This document shows positions 25,901-39,700 of a DNA stretch of 64,000 nt, one piece after another (the first letter of the stretch is position 1; each line of letters starts with the position of its first letter). This stretch comes from Eledone cirrhosa (lineage: Eukaryota), in the NCBI GenBank assembly GCA_964016885.1, contig OZ024741.1, positions 8,742,001 to 8,806,000 on the forward strand. Direction: 5' to 3'. The translations under genes were made by a program, and so were the position numbers. The notes under the pieces were generated by a model that searched no databases, was not told where the DNA came from, and saw only the letters and a program-made list of their open reading frames with translations.

Positions 25901-28900
25901 CTCTCTGTCTTCCAGTCTCTCTGTCTTCCAGCCTCTCTGTCTTCCAGTCTCTCTGTCTTCCAGCCACTCTGTCTTCCAGCCAGTCTGTCTTCCAGCCTCT
26001 CTCTCTGTATATCACTCTGTCTTCCAGCCTCTCTGTCTTCCAGCCACTCTGTCTTCCAGCCACTCTGTCTTCCAGCCAGTCTGTCTTCCAGCCTCTCTGT
26101 CTTCCAGCCTCTCTGTCTTCCAGTCTCTCTGTCTTCCAGCCTCTCTGTCTTCCAGTCTCTCTGTCTGTATATCAGTCTGTCTTCCAGCCAAATCTGTCTT
26201 CCAGTTTCTCTGTCTGTATATTAGTCTGTCTTCCAGCCTCACTGTCTTCCAGCCACTCTGGGTGCATAACAGTCTGTCTTCCAGCCACTCTGTCTTCCAG
26301 TCGTTCTAACTGTATATCAGTCTGTCTTCCAGCCACTCTGTCTTCCACCACACTGTCATCCAGGCACTCTGTCTTCCAGCCTCTCTGTCTTCCAGTATCT
26401 TTGTCTTCATATCAGTCTGTCTTCCAGCCACACTGTCTTCCAGTTTCTCTGTCTGTATATTAGTCTGTCTTCCAGACACTCTGTCTTCCAGCCACTCTCT
26501 CTTCCAGCCTCTCTGTCTTCGAGCCACTCTCTCTTCCAGCCTCTCTGTCTTCCAACCACTCTGTCTGTATATCAGTCTGTCTTCCAGCCTCTCTGTCTTC
26601 CAGCCTCTCTCTCTGTATATTAGTCTGTCTTCCAGCCTCCTCTCTGTCTTCCAGCCTCTCTGTCTTCCAGTCATTCAGCCTTCCAGACTATCTGTCTTCC
26701 AGCCTCTCTGTCTTACAGCCACTGTGTCTGTATATCAGACTGTCTTCCAGCCTCTCTGTCTTCCAGCCATTCTGTCTTCCAGCCACTCTGTCTCTATATC
26801 AGTCTGTCTTCCAGCCACTCTGTCTGTATATCAGTCTGTCTTCTAGCCTCTCTGTCTTCCAACCTCTCTCTCTGTATATCAGTCTGTCTTCCAGCCTCTC
26901 TGTCTTCCAGCCTCTCTGTCTTCCAGCCATTCAGCCTTCCAGACTATCTGTCTTCCAGCCTCTCTGTCTTACAGCCACTGTGTCTGTATATCAGACTGTC
27001 TTCCAGCCTCTCTGTCTTCCAGCCATTCTGTCTTCCAGGCTCTCTGTCTGTATATCAGTCTGTCTCCCAGCCTCTCTGTCTTCCAGTCACTCTGTGTTCC
27101 AGCCACTCTGTCTGTATATCAGTCTGTCTTCCAGCCACTCTGTCTTCCAGCCACTCAGTCTTCCAGACTCTCTGTCTTCCACCCTCTCTGTCTTCCAGCC
27201 ACTGTGTCTGTATATCAGACTGTCTTCCAGCCTCTCTGTATTCCAGCCACTCTGTCCGTATATCAATATGTCTTCCAGCCACTCTGTCTTCCAGACACTC
27301 TGTCTGTATATCAGTCTGTCTTCCAGCCTCTCTCTCTGTATATCACTCTGTCTTCCAGCCTCTCTGTCTTCCAGCCACTCTGTCTTCCAGCCACTCTGTC
27401 TTCCAGCCAGTCTGTCTTCCAGCCTCTCTGTCTTCCAGCCTCTCTGTCTTCCAGTCTCTCTGTCTTCTAGCCACTCTGTCTTCCAGCCAGTCTGTCTTCC
27501 AGCCTCTCTGTCTTCCAGCCTCTCTGTCTTCCAGTCTCCGTGTCTTCCAGCCTCTCTGTCTTCCAGTCTCTCTGTCTTCCAGCCACTCTGTCTTCCAGCC
27601 AGTCTGTCTTCCAGCCTCTCTCTCTGTATATCACTCTGTCTTCCAGCCTCTCTGTCTTCCAGCCACTCTGTCTTCCAGCCACTCTGTCTTCCAGCCAGTC
27701 TGTCTTCCAGCCAGACTGTCTTCCAGCCTCTCTGTCTTCCAGCCTCTCTCTCTTCCAGTCTCTCTGTCTTCCAGCCTCTCTGTCTTCCAGTCTCTCTGTC
27801 TGTATATCAGTCTGTCTTCCAGCCAAATCAGTCTTCCAGTTTCTCTGTCTGTATATTAGTCTGTCTTCCAGCCTCACTGTCTTCCAGTCTCTTTGTCTGT
27901 ATATCAGTCTGTCTTCCAGCCACTCTGTCTGTATATTAGTCTGTCTTCCAGCAACTCTGTCTTCCAGCCACTCTCTCTTCCAGCCTCTCTGTCTTCCAGC
28001 CACTCTCTCTTCCAGCCTCTCTGTCTTCCAGCCTCTCTGTCTGTATATTAGTCTGTCTCCGAACCTCTCTGTCTTCCAGCCACTCTGTCATCCGGCCACT
28101 CTGTCTTCAAGCCACACTGTCTTCCAGCCACTCTGTCTTCCAGCCACTCTCTCTTCCAGCCTCTCTGTCTTCGAGCCACTCTCTCTTCCAGCCTCTCTGT
28201 CTTCCAACCACTCTGTCTGTATATCAGTCTGTCTTCCAGCCTCTCTCTCATCCAGCCTCTCTCTCTGTATATCAGTCTGTCTTCCAGCCTCTCTGTCTTC
28301 CAGCCTCTCTGTCTTCCAGCCATTCAGCCTTCCAGACTATCTGTCTTCCAGCCTCTCTGTCTTACAGCCACTGTGTCTGTATATCAGACTGTCTTCCAGC
28401 CTCTCTGTCTTCCAGCCATTCTGTCTTCCAGCCACTCTGTCTCTATATCAGTCTGTCTTCCAGCCACTCTGTCTGTATATCAGTCTGTCTTCCAGCCTCT
28501 CTGTCTTCCAGCCTCTCTGTCTTCCAGCCTCTCTGTCTTCCAGCCATTCAGCCTTCCAGACTATCTGTCTTCCAGCCTCTCTGTCTTACAGCCATTCTGT
28601 CTTCCAACCACTCTGTCTCTATATCAGTCTGTCTTCCAGCCACTCTGTCTTCCAGCCTCTCTGTCTGTATATCAGTCTGTCTCCCAGCCTCTCTGTCTTC
28701 CAGTCACTCTGTATTCCAGCCACTCTGTCTGTATATCAGTCTGTCTTCCAGCCACTCTGTCTTCCAGCCACTCAGTCTTCCAGACTCTCTGTCTTCCACC
28801 CTCTCTGTCTTCCAGTCTCTCTGTCTTCCAGCCACTCTGTCTTCCAGCCTCTCTGTCTTCCAGCCACTCTGTCTTCCAGCCAGTCTGTCTTCCAGCCTCT

Positions 28901-30646
28901 CTGTCTTCCAGTCTCTCTGTCTTCCAGCCTCTCTGTCTACCAGTCTCTCTGTCTTCCAGCCACTCTGTCTTCCAGCCAGTCTGTCTTCCAGCCTCTCTCT
29001 CTGTATATCACTCTGTCTTCCAGCCTCTCTGTCTTCCAGCCACTCTGTCTTCCAGCCAGTCTGTCTTCCAGCCTCTCTGTCTTCCAGCCTCTCTGTCTTC
29101 CAGTCTCCCTGTCTTCCAGCCTCTCTGTCTTCCAGTCTCTCTGTCTGTATATCAGTCTGTCTTCCAGCCAAATCAGTCTTCCAGTTTCTCTGTCTGTATA
29201 TTAGTCTGTCTTCCAGCCTCACTGTCTTCCAGCCACTCTGGGTGCATAACAGTCTGTCTTCCAGCCACTCTGTCTTCCAGTCGTTCTAACTGTATATCAG
29301 TCTGTCTTCCAGCCACTCTGTCTTCCACCACACTGTCATCCAGGCACTCTGTCTTCCAGCCTCTCTGTCTTCCAGTTTCTCTGTCTGTATATTAGTCTGT
29401 CTTCCAGACACTGTCTTCCAGCCACTCTCTCTTCCAGCCTCTCCGTCTTCCAGCCTCTCTGTCTTCCAGCCTCTCTGTCTGTATATTAGTCTGTCTCCGA
29501 ACCTCTCTGTCTTCCAGCCACTCTGTCTTCCAGCCACTCTGTCTGTATATCAGTCTGTCTTCCAGCCTCTCTGTCTGTATATCAGTCTGTCTTCCAGCCT
29601 CTCTGTCGTCCAGGCACTCTGTCTTCCAGCCGCACTGTCTTTCAGCCTCTCTGTCTTCTAGCCACTCTCTCTTCCAGCCTCTCTGTCTTCCAGCCTTGCT
29701 GTCTTCCAGCCACTCTGTCTGTATATCAGTCAGTCTTCCAGCCACTCTGTCTTCCAGCCAGTCTGTCTTCCAGCCTCTCTGCCTTCCAGCCTCTCTGTCT
29801 TCCAGCCTCTCTGTCTTCCAGCCACTCTGTCTTCCAGCCTCTCTGTCTTCCAGCCACTCTGTCTTCCAGCCTCTCTGTCTTCCAGTCTCTCTGTCTGTAT
29901 ATCAGTCTGTCTTCCAGCCTCACTGTCTTCCAGCCTCTCTCTCTGTATATTAGTCTGTCTTCCAGCCTCCTCTCTGTCTTCCAGCCTCTCTGTCTTCCAG
30001 CCATTCAGCCTTCCAGACTATCTGTCTTCCAGCCTCTCTGTCTTACAGCCACTGTGTCTGTATATCAGACTGTCTTCCAGCCTCTCTGTCTTCCAGCCAT
30101 TCTGTCTTCCAGCCACTCTGTCTCTATATCAGTCTGTCTTCCAGCCACTCTGTCTGTATATCAGTCTGTCTTCTAGCCTCTCTGTCTTCCAACCTCTCTC
30201 TCTGTATATCAGTCTGTCTTCAAGCCTCTCTGTCTTCCAGCCTCTCTGTCTTCCAGCCATTCAGCCTTCCAGACTATCTGTCTTCCAGCCTCTCTGTCTT
30301 ACAGCCACTGTGTCTGTATATCAGACTGTCTTCCAGCCTCTCTGTCTTCCAGCCATTCTGTCTTCCAGCCACTCTGTCTCTATATCAGTCTGTCTTCCAG
30401 CCACTCTGTCTTCCAGCCTCTCTGTCTGTATATCAGTCTGTCTCCCAGCCTCTCTGTCTTCCAGTCACTCTGTGTTCCAGCCACTCTGTCTGTATATCAG
30501 TCTGTCTTCCAGCCACTCTGTCTTCCAGCCACTCAGTCTTCCAGACTCTCTGTCTTCCACCCTCTCTGTCTTCCAGCCACTGTGTCTGTATATCAGACTG
30601 TCTTCCAGCCTCTCTGTATTCCAGCCACTCTGTCCGTATATCAATA
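22951..30646. repeat. ~7.8-kb tandem duplication, copy X' (7,696 bp)
   Basis: Near-identical to 15128-22950 except for +32 bp (~25700), -16 bp (~29040), -143 bp (~29360) and a few SNPs. Confidence 0.92.
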
Positions 30647-31799
30647 TGTCTTCCAGCCACTCTGACTTCCAGACACTCTGTCTGTATATCAGTCTGTCTT
30701 CCAGCCTCTCTCTCTGTATATCACTCTGTCTTCCAGCCTCTCTGTCTTCCAGCCACTCTGTCTTCCAGCCACTCTGTCTTCCAGCCAGTCTGTCTTCCAG
30801 CCTCTCTGTCTTCCAGCCTCTCTGTCTTCCAGTCTCTCTGTCTTCCAGCCACTCTGTCTTCCAGCCAGTCTGTCTTCCAGCCTCTCTGTCTTCCAGCCTC
30901 TCTGTCTTCCAGTCTCCGTGTCTTCCAGCCTCTCTGTCTTCCAGTCTCTCTGTCTTCCAGCCACACTGTCATCCAGGCACTCTGTCTTCCAGCCTCTCTG
31001 TCTTCCAGTCTCTTTGTCTGTATATCAGTCTGTCTTCCAGCCACTCTGTCTGTATATTAGTCTGTCTTCCAGCAACTCTGTCTTCCAGCCACTCTCTCTT
31101 CCAGCCTCTCTGTCTTCCAGCCTCTCTGTATTCCAGCCTCTCTGTCTGTATATTAGTCTGTCTCCGAACCTCTCTGTCTTCCAGCCACTCTATCATCCGG
31201 CCACTCTGTCTTCCAGCCACACTGTCTGTATATCAGTCTGTCTTCCAGCCACTCTGTCTGTATATCAGTCTGTCTTCCAGCCTCTCTCTCTTCCAGCCAC
31301 TCTGTCTTTCAGCCACTCTCTCTTCCAGCCACTCTGTCTGTATATCAGTCTGTCTTCCAGCCACACTGTCTTCCAGCCACTCTGTCTTCCAGCCACTCTC
31401 TCTTCCAGCCTCTCTGTCTTCGAGCCACTCTCTCTTCCAGCCTCTCTGTCTTCCAGCCTCTCTGTCTTCCAGCCTCTCTGTCTTCCAGCCATTCAGCCTT
31501 CCAGACTATCTGTCTTCCAGCCTCTCTGTCTTACAGCCACTGTGTCTGTATATCAGACTGTCTTCCAGCCTCTCTGTCTTCCAGGCATTCTGTCTTCCAG
31601 CCACTCTGTCTCTATATCAGTCTGTCTTCCAGCCACTCTGTCTGTATATCAGTCTGTCTTCTAGCCTCTCTGTCTTCTAGCCTCTCTCTCTGTATATCAG
31701 TCTGTCTTCCAGCCTCTCTGTCTTCCAGCCTCTCTGTCTTCCAGCCTCTCTGTCTTCCAGCCATTCAGCCTTCCAGACTATCTGTCTTCCAGCCTCTCT

Positions 31800-34700
31800 A
31801 TCTTACAGCCACTGTGTCTGTATATCAGACTGTCTTCCAGCCTCTCTGTCTTCCAGCCATTCTGTCTTCCAGCCACTCTGTCTCTATATCAGTCTGTCGT
31901 CCAGCCACTCTGTCTTCCAGACACTGTCTGTATATCAGTCTGTCTTCCAGCCTCTCTGTCTTCCAGCCACTCTGTCTTCCAGCCTCTCTGTCTTCCAGTC
32001 TCGCTGTCTGTATATCAGTCTGTCTTCCAGCCTCTCTGTCTTCCAGCCACTCTGTCTGTATATGTCTGTCTTCCAGCCACTCTGTCTGTATATCAATCTG
32101 TCTTCCAGCCTCTCTGTCTTCCAGCCAATCTATCTGTAAATCAGTCTGTCTTCCAGGCTCTCTGTCTTCCAGCCAATCTGTCTGTATATCAGTCTGTCTG
32201 TATATCAGTCTGTCTTCCAGCCTCTCACTCTTCCAGCCACTCTGTCTGTATATCAGTCTGTCTTCCAGTCTCTCTGTCTGTATATCAGTCTGTATTCCAG
32301 CCTCTCTGTCTTCCAGTCACTCTGTCTTCCAGCCTCTCTGTCTGTATATCAGTCTGTATTCCAGCCTCTCTGTCTTCCAGCCTCTCTGTCTTCCAGCCAC
32401 TCTGTCGGTATATCAGTCTGTCTTCCAGCCTCTCTGTCTTCCAGCTAATCTGTCTGTATACCAGTCTGTCTTCCAGCCTCTCTGTCTTCCAGCCTCTCTG
32501 TCTTCAAGCCTATCTGTCTTCAAGCCACTCTGTCGGTATATCAGTCTGTCTTCCAGCCTCTCTCTCTTCCAGCCTCTCTGTCTGTATATCAGTGTATCTT
32601 CGAGCCACTCTGTCTGTATATCAATCTGTCTTCCAGCCTCTCTGTCTTCCAGCCAATATATCTGTAAATCAGTCTGTCTTCCAGGCTCTCTGTCTTCCAG
32701 CTAATCTGTCTGTATATCAGTCTGTCTGTATATCAGTCTGTCTTCCAGCCTCTCACTCTTCCAGCCACTCTGTCTGTATATCAGTCTGTCTTCCAGCCTC
32801 TCTGTCTTCCAGTCTCTCTGTCTGTATATAAGTCTGTATTCCAGTCTCTCTGTCTTCCAGCCACTCTGTCTTCCAGCCTCTCTGTCTGTATATCAGTCTG
32901 TATTCCAGCCTCTCTGTCTTCCAGCCTCTCTGTCTTCCAGCCACTCTGTCGGTATATCAGTCTGTCTTCCAGCCTCTCTGTCTTCCAGCCAATCTGTCTA
33001 TAAACCAGTCTGTCTTCCAGCCTGTCTGTCTTCCAGCCTCTCTGTCTTCAAGCCTATCTGTCTTCAAGCCACTCTGTCGGTATATCAGTCTGTCTTCCAG
33101 CCTCTCCCTCTTCCAGCCTCTCTGTCTGTATATCAGTCTATCTTCCAGCCACTCTGTCTGTATATCAGTCTGTCTTCCAGCCACTCTGTCTTCCAGCCTC
33201 TCTGTCTTCTAGCCTCTCTGTCTTCAAGCCACTCTGTCTGTATATCAGTCTGTCTTCCAGCCTCTCTGTCGTCCAGCCATTCTGTCTCTATATCAGTCTG
33301 TCTTCCAACATCTCTGTCTTCCAGTCTCTTTGTCTGTATATCAGTATGTCTTCCAGCCTCTCTGTCTTCCAGCCACTCTGTTTTCCAGCCACACTGTCAT
33401 CCAGGCACTCTGTCTTCCAGCCTCTCTGTCTTCCAGTATCTTTGTCTGTATATCAGTCTGTCTTCCAGCCACTCTGTCTGTATATTAGTCTGTCTTCCAG
33501 CAACTCTGTCTTCCAGCCACTCTCTCTTCCAGCCTCTCTGTCTTCCAGCCTCTCTGTATTCCAGCCTCTCTGTCTGTATATTAGTCTGTCTCCGAACCTC
33601 TCTGTCTTCCAGCCACTCTATCATCCGGCCACTCTGTCTTCCAGCCACACTGTCTGTATATCAGTCTGTCTTCCAGCCTCTCTGTCTGTATATCAGTCTG
33701 TCTTCCAGCCTCTCTGTCTTCCAGCCACTCTGTCTTTCAGCCACTCTGTCTTCCAGCCACTCTGTCTGTATATCAGTCTGTCTTCCAGCCACACTGTCTT
33801 CCAGCCACTCTGTCTTCTAGCCACTCTCTCTTCCAGCCTCTCTGTCTTCGAGCCACACTCTCTTCCAGCCTCCCTGTCTTCCAACCACTCTGTCTGTATA
33901 TCAGTCTGTCTTCCAGCCTCTCTGTCTTCCAGCCTCTCTCTCTGTATATCAGTCTGTCTTCCAGCCTCTCTGTCTTCCAGCCTCTCTGTCTTCCAGCCAT
34001 TCAGCCTTCCAGACTATCTGTCTTCCAGCCTCTCTGTCTTACAGCCACTGTGTCTGTATATCAGACTGTCTTCCAGCCTCTCTGTCTTCTAGCCATTCTG
34101 TCTTCCAGCCACTCTGTCTCTATATCAGTCTGTCTTCCAGCCACTCTGTCTGTATATCAGTCTGTCTTCTAGCCTCTCTGTCTTCCAGCCTCTCTCTCTG
34201 TATATCAGTCTGTCTTCCAGCCTCTCTGTCTTACAGCCACTGTGTCTGTATATCAGACTGTCTTCCAGCCTCTCTGTCTTCCAGCCATTCTGTCTTCCAG
34301 CCACTCTGTCTCTATATCAGTCTGTCGTCCAGCCACTCTGTCTTCCAGACACTGTCTGTATATCAGTCTGTCTTCCAGCCTCTCTGTCTTCCAGCCACTC
34401 TGTCTTCCAGCCTCTCTGTCTTCCAGTCTCTCTGTCTGTATATCAGTCTGTCTTCCAGCCTCTCTGTCTTCCAGCCACTCTGTCTGTATATGTCTGTCTT
34501 CCAGCCACTCTGTCTGTATATCAATCTGTCTTCCAGCCTCTCTGTCTTCCAGCCAATCTATCTGTAAATCAGTCTGTCTTCCAGGCTCTCTGTCTTCCAG
34601 CCAATCTGTCTGTATATCAGTCTGTCTGTATATCAGTCTGTCTTCCAGCCTCTCACTCTTCCAGCCACTCTGTCTGTATATCAGTCTGTCTTCCAGTCTC

Positions 34701-36760
34701 TCTGTCTGTATATCAGTCTGTATTCCAGCCTCTCTGTCTTCCAGTCACTCTGTCTTCCAGCCTCTCTGTCTGTATATCAGTCTGTATTCCAGCCTCTCTG
34801 TCTTCCAGCCTCTCTGTCTTCCAGCCACTCTGTCGGTATATCAGTCTGTCTTCCAGCCTCTCTGTCTTCCAGCTAATCTGTCTGTATACCAGTCTGTCTT
34901 CCAGCCTCTCTGTCTTCCAGCCTCTCTGTCTTCAAGCCTATCTGTCTTCAAGCCACTCTGTCGGTATATCAGTCTGTCTTCCAGCCTCTCTCTCTTCCAG
35001 CCTCTCTGTCTGTATATCAGTCTATCTTCGAGCCACTCTGTCTGTATATCAATCTGTCTTCCAGCCTCTCTGTCTTCCAGCCAATATATCTGTAAATCAG
35101 TCTGTCTTCCAGGCTCTCTGTCTTCCAGCTAATCTGTCTGTATATCAGTCTGTCTGTATATCAGTCTGTCTTCCAGCCTCTCACTCTTCCAGCCACTCTG
35201 TCTGTATATCAGTCTGTCTTCCAGCCTCTCTGTCTTCCAGTCTCTCTGTCTGTATATAAGTCTGTATTCCAGTCTCTCTGTCTTCCAGCCACTCTGTCTT
35301 CCAGCCTCTCTGTCTGTATATCAGTCTGTATTCCAGCCTCTCTGTCTTCCAGCCTCTCTGTCTTCCAGCCACTCTGTCGGTATATCAGTCTGTCTTCCAG
35401 CCTCTCTGTCTTCCAGCCAATCTGTCTATAAACCAGTCTGTCTTCCAGCCTGTCTGTCTTCCAGCCTCTCTGTCTTCAAGCCTATCTGTCTTCAAGCCAC
35501 TCTGTCGGTATATCAGTCTGTCTTCCAGCCTCTCTCTCTTCCAGCCTCTCTGTCTGTATATCAGTCTATCTTCCAGCCACTCTGTCTGTATATCAGTCTG
35601 TCTTCCAGCCACTCTGTCTTCCAGCCTCTCTGTCTTCTAGCCTCTCTGTCTTCAAGCCACTCTGTCTGTATATCAGTCTGTCTTCCAGCCTCTCTGTCGT
35701 CCAGCCATTCTGTCTCTATATCAGTCTGTCTTCCAACATCTCTGTCTTCCAGTCTCTTTGTCTGTATATCAGTATGTCTTCCAGCCTCTCTGTCTTCCAG
35801 CCACTCTGTTTTCCAGCCACACTGTCATCCAGGCACTCTGTCTTCCAGCCTCTCTGTCTTCCAGTATCTTTGTCTGTATATCAGTCTGTCTTCCAGCCAC
35901 TCTGTCTGTATATTAGTCTGTCTTCCAGCAACTCTGTCTTCCAGCCACTCTCTCTTCCAGCCTCTCTGTCTTCCAGCCTCTCTGTATTCCAGCCTCTCTG
36001 TCTGTATATTAGTCTGTCTCCGAACCTCTCTGTCTTCCAGCCACTCTATCATCCGGCCACTCTGTCTTCCAGCCACACTGTCTGTATATCAGTCTGTCTT
36101 CCAGCCTCTCTGTCTGTATATCAGTCTGTCTTCCAGCCTCTCTGTCTTCCAGCCACTCTGTCTTTCAGCCACTCTGTCTTCCAGCCACTCTGTCTGTATA
36201 TCAGTCTGTCTTCCAGCCACACTGTCTTCCAGCCACTCTGTCTTCCAGCCACTCTCTCTTCCAGCCTCTCTGTCTTCGAGCCACACTCTCTTCCAGCCTC
36301 TCTGTCTTCCAACCACTCTGTCTGTATATCAGTCTGTCTTCCAGCCTCTCTGTCTTCCAGCCTCTCTCTCTGTATATCAGTCTGTTTTCCAGCCTCTCTG
36401 TCTTCCAGCCTCTCTGTCTTCCAGCCATTCAGCCTTCCAGACTATCTGTCTTCCAGCCTCTCTGTCTTACAGCCACTGTGTCTGTATATCAGACTGTCTT
36501 CCAGCCACTCTGTCTTCTAGCCATTCTGTCTTCCAGCCACTCTGTCTCTATATCAGTCTGTCTTCCAGCCACTCTGTCTGTATATCAGTCTGTCTTCTAG
36601 CCTCTCTGTCTTCCAGCCTCTCTCTCTGTATATCAGTCTGTCTTCCAGCCTCTCTGTCTTACAGCCACTGTGTCTGTATATCAGACTGTCTTCCAGCCTC
36701 TCTGTCTTCCAGCCATTCTGTCTTCCAGCCACTCTGTCTCTATATCAGTCTGTCTTCCAG
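31800..36760. repeat. 2,428-bp tandem duplication (two near-identical copies, with a related partial copy upstream from ~30960)
   Basis: ORF pairs 31814/34242, 32753/35181, 32957/35385, 33346/35774 and 33397/35825 all have offset 2428. Confidence 0.9.
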
Positions 36761-39700
36761 CCACTCTGTCTTCCAGCCTCTCTGTCTGTATATCAGTCTG
36801 TCTCCCAGCCTCTCTGTCTTCCAGTCACTCTGTGTTCCAGCCACTCTGTCTGTATATCAGTCTGTCTTCCAGCCACTCTGTCTTCCAGCCCCTCAGTCTT
36901 CCAGACTCTCTGTCTTCCACCCTCTCTGTCTTCCAGCCACTGTGTCTGTATATCAGACTGTCTTCCAGCCTCTCTGTATTCCAGCCACTCTGTCTTCCAG
37001 CCACTCTGTCCGTATATCAATATGTCTTCCAGCCACTCTGTCTTCCAGACACTCTGTCTGTATATCAGTCTGTCTTCCAGCCTCTCTCTCTGTATATCAC
37101 TCTGTCTTCCAGCCTCTCTGTCTTCCAGCCACTCTGTCTTCCAGCCACTCTGTCTTCCAGCCAGTCTGTCTTCCAGCCTCTCTGTCTTCCAGCCTCTCTG
37201 TCTTCCCGTCTCTCTGTCTTCCAGCCACTCTGTCTTCCAGCCTCTCTGTCTTCCAGCCACTCTGTCTTCCAGCCAGTCTGTCTTCCAGCCTCTCTGTTTT
37301 CCAGCCTCTCTGTCTTCCAGTCTCTCTGTCTTCCAGCCTCTCTGTCTTCCAGTCTCTCTGTCTTCCAGCCACTCTGTCTTCCAGCCAGTCTGTCTTCCAT
37401 CCTCTCTCTCTGTATATCACTCTGTCTTCCAGCCTCTCTGTCTTCCAGCCACTCTGTCTTCCAGCCACTCTGTCTTCCAGCCTCTCTGTCTTCCAGCCTC
37501 TCTGTCTTCCAGTCTCTCTGTCTTCCAGCCACTCTGTCTTCCAGCCACTCTGTCTTCCAGCCACTCTGTCTTCCAGCCAGTCTGTCTTCCAGCCTCTCTG
37601 TCTTCCAGCCTCTCTGTCTTCCAGTCTCTCTGTCTTCCAGCCTCTCTGTCTTCCAGTCTCTCTGTCTGTATATCAGTCTGTCTTCCAGCCAAATCAGTCT
37701 TCCAGTTTCTCTGTCTGTATATTAGTCTGTCTTCCAGCCTCACTGTCTTCCAGCCACTCTGGGTGCATAACAGTCTGTCTTCTAGCCACTCTGTCTTCCA
37801 GCCTCTCTGTCTTCCAGGCACTCTGTCTTCCAGCCGCACTGTCTTTCAGCCTCTCTGTCTTCTAGCCACTCTCTCTTCCAGCCTCTCTGTCTTCCAGCCA
37901 TTCTGTCTTCCAGCCACTCTGTCTGTATATCAGTCAGTCTTCCAGCCATTCTGTCTTCCAGCCAGTCTGTCTTCCAGCCTCTCTGTCTTCCAGCCTCTCT
38001 GTCTTCCAGCCTCTCTGTCTTCCAGCCACTCTGTCTTCCAGCCTCTCTGTCTTCCAGCCACTCTGTCTGTATATTAGTCTGTCTTCCAGCAACTCTGTCT
38101 TCCAGCCACTCTCTCTTCCAGCCTCTCTGTCTTCCAGCCTCTCTGTATTCCAGCCTCTCTGTCTGTATATTAGTCTGTCTCCGAACCTCTCTGTCTTCCA
38201 GCCACTCTATCATCCGGCCACTCTGTCTTCCAGCCACACTGTCTGTATATCAGTCTGTCTTCCAGCCTCTCTGTCTGTATATCAGTCTGTCTTCCAGCCT
38301 CTCTGTCTTCCAGCCACTCTGTCTTTCAGCCACTCTGTCTTCCAGCCACTCTGTCTGTATATCAGTCTGTCTTCCAGCCACACTGTCTTCCAGCCACTCT
38401 GTCTTCCAGCCACTCTCTCTTCCAGCCTCTCTGTCTTCGAGCCACTCTCTCTTCCAGCCTCTCTGTCTTCCAGCCTCTCTCTCTGTATATCAGTCTGTCT
38501 TCCAGCCTCTCTGTCTTCCAGCCTCTCTGTCTTCCAGCCATTCAGCCTTCCAGACTATCTGTCTTCCAGCCTCTCTGTCTTACAGCCACTGTGTCTGTAT
38601 ATCAGACTGTCTTCCAGCCTCTCTGTCTTCCAGCCATTCTGTCTTCCAGCCACTCTGTCTCTATATCAGTCTGTCTTCCAGCCACTCTGTCTGTATATCA
38701 GTCTGTCTTCTAGCCTCTCTGTCTTCCAGCCTCTCTCTCTGTATATAAGTCTGTCTTCCAGCCTCTCTGTCTTCCAGCCTCTCTGTCTTCCAGCCTCTCT
38801 GTCTTCCAGCCTCTCTGTCTTCCAGCCATTCAGCCTTACAGACTATCTGTCTTCCAGCCTCTCTGTCTTACAGCCACTGTGTCTGTATATCAGACTGTCT
38901 TCCAGCCTCTCTGTCTTCCAGCCATTCTGTCTTCCAGCCACTCTGTCTCTATATCAGTCTGTCTTCCAGCCACTCTGTCTTCCAGACACTGTCTGTATAT
39001 CAGTCTGTCTTCCAGCCTCTCTGTCTTCCAGCTACTCTGTCTTCCAGCCTCTCTGTCTTCCAGTCTCTCTGTCTGTATATCAGTCTGTCTTCCAGCCTCT
39101 CTGTCTTCCAGCCACTCTGTCTGTATATGTCTGTCTTCCAGCCACTCTGTCTGTATATCAATCTGTCTTCCAGTCTCTCTGTCTTCCAGCCAATCTATCT
39201 GTAAATCAGTCTGTCTTCCAGGCTCACTGTCTTCCAGCCGATCTGTCTGTATATCAGTCTGTCTGTATATCAGTCTGTCTTCCAGTCTCTCTGTCTGTAT
39301 ATCAGTCTGTATTCCAGCCTCTCTGTCTTCCAGCCACTCTGTCTTCCAGCCTCTCTGTCTGTATATCAGTCTGTATTCCAGCCTCTCTGTCTTCCAGCCT
39401 CTCTGTCTTCCAGCCATTCTGTCGGTATATCAGTCTGTCTTCCAGCCTCTCTGTCTTCCAGCCAATCTGTCTGTATACCAGTCTGTCTTCCAGCCTCTCT
39501 GTCTTCCAGCCTCTCTGTCTTCAAGCCTATCTGTCTTCAAGCCACTCTGTCGGTATATCAGTCTGTCTTCCAGCCTCTCTCTCTTCCAGCCTCTCTGTCT
39601 GTATATCAGTCTATCTTCCAGCCACTCTGTCTGTATATCAATCTGTCTTCCAGCCTCTCTGTCTTCCAGCCAATCTATCTGTAAATCAGTCTGTCTTCCA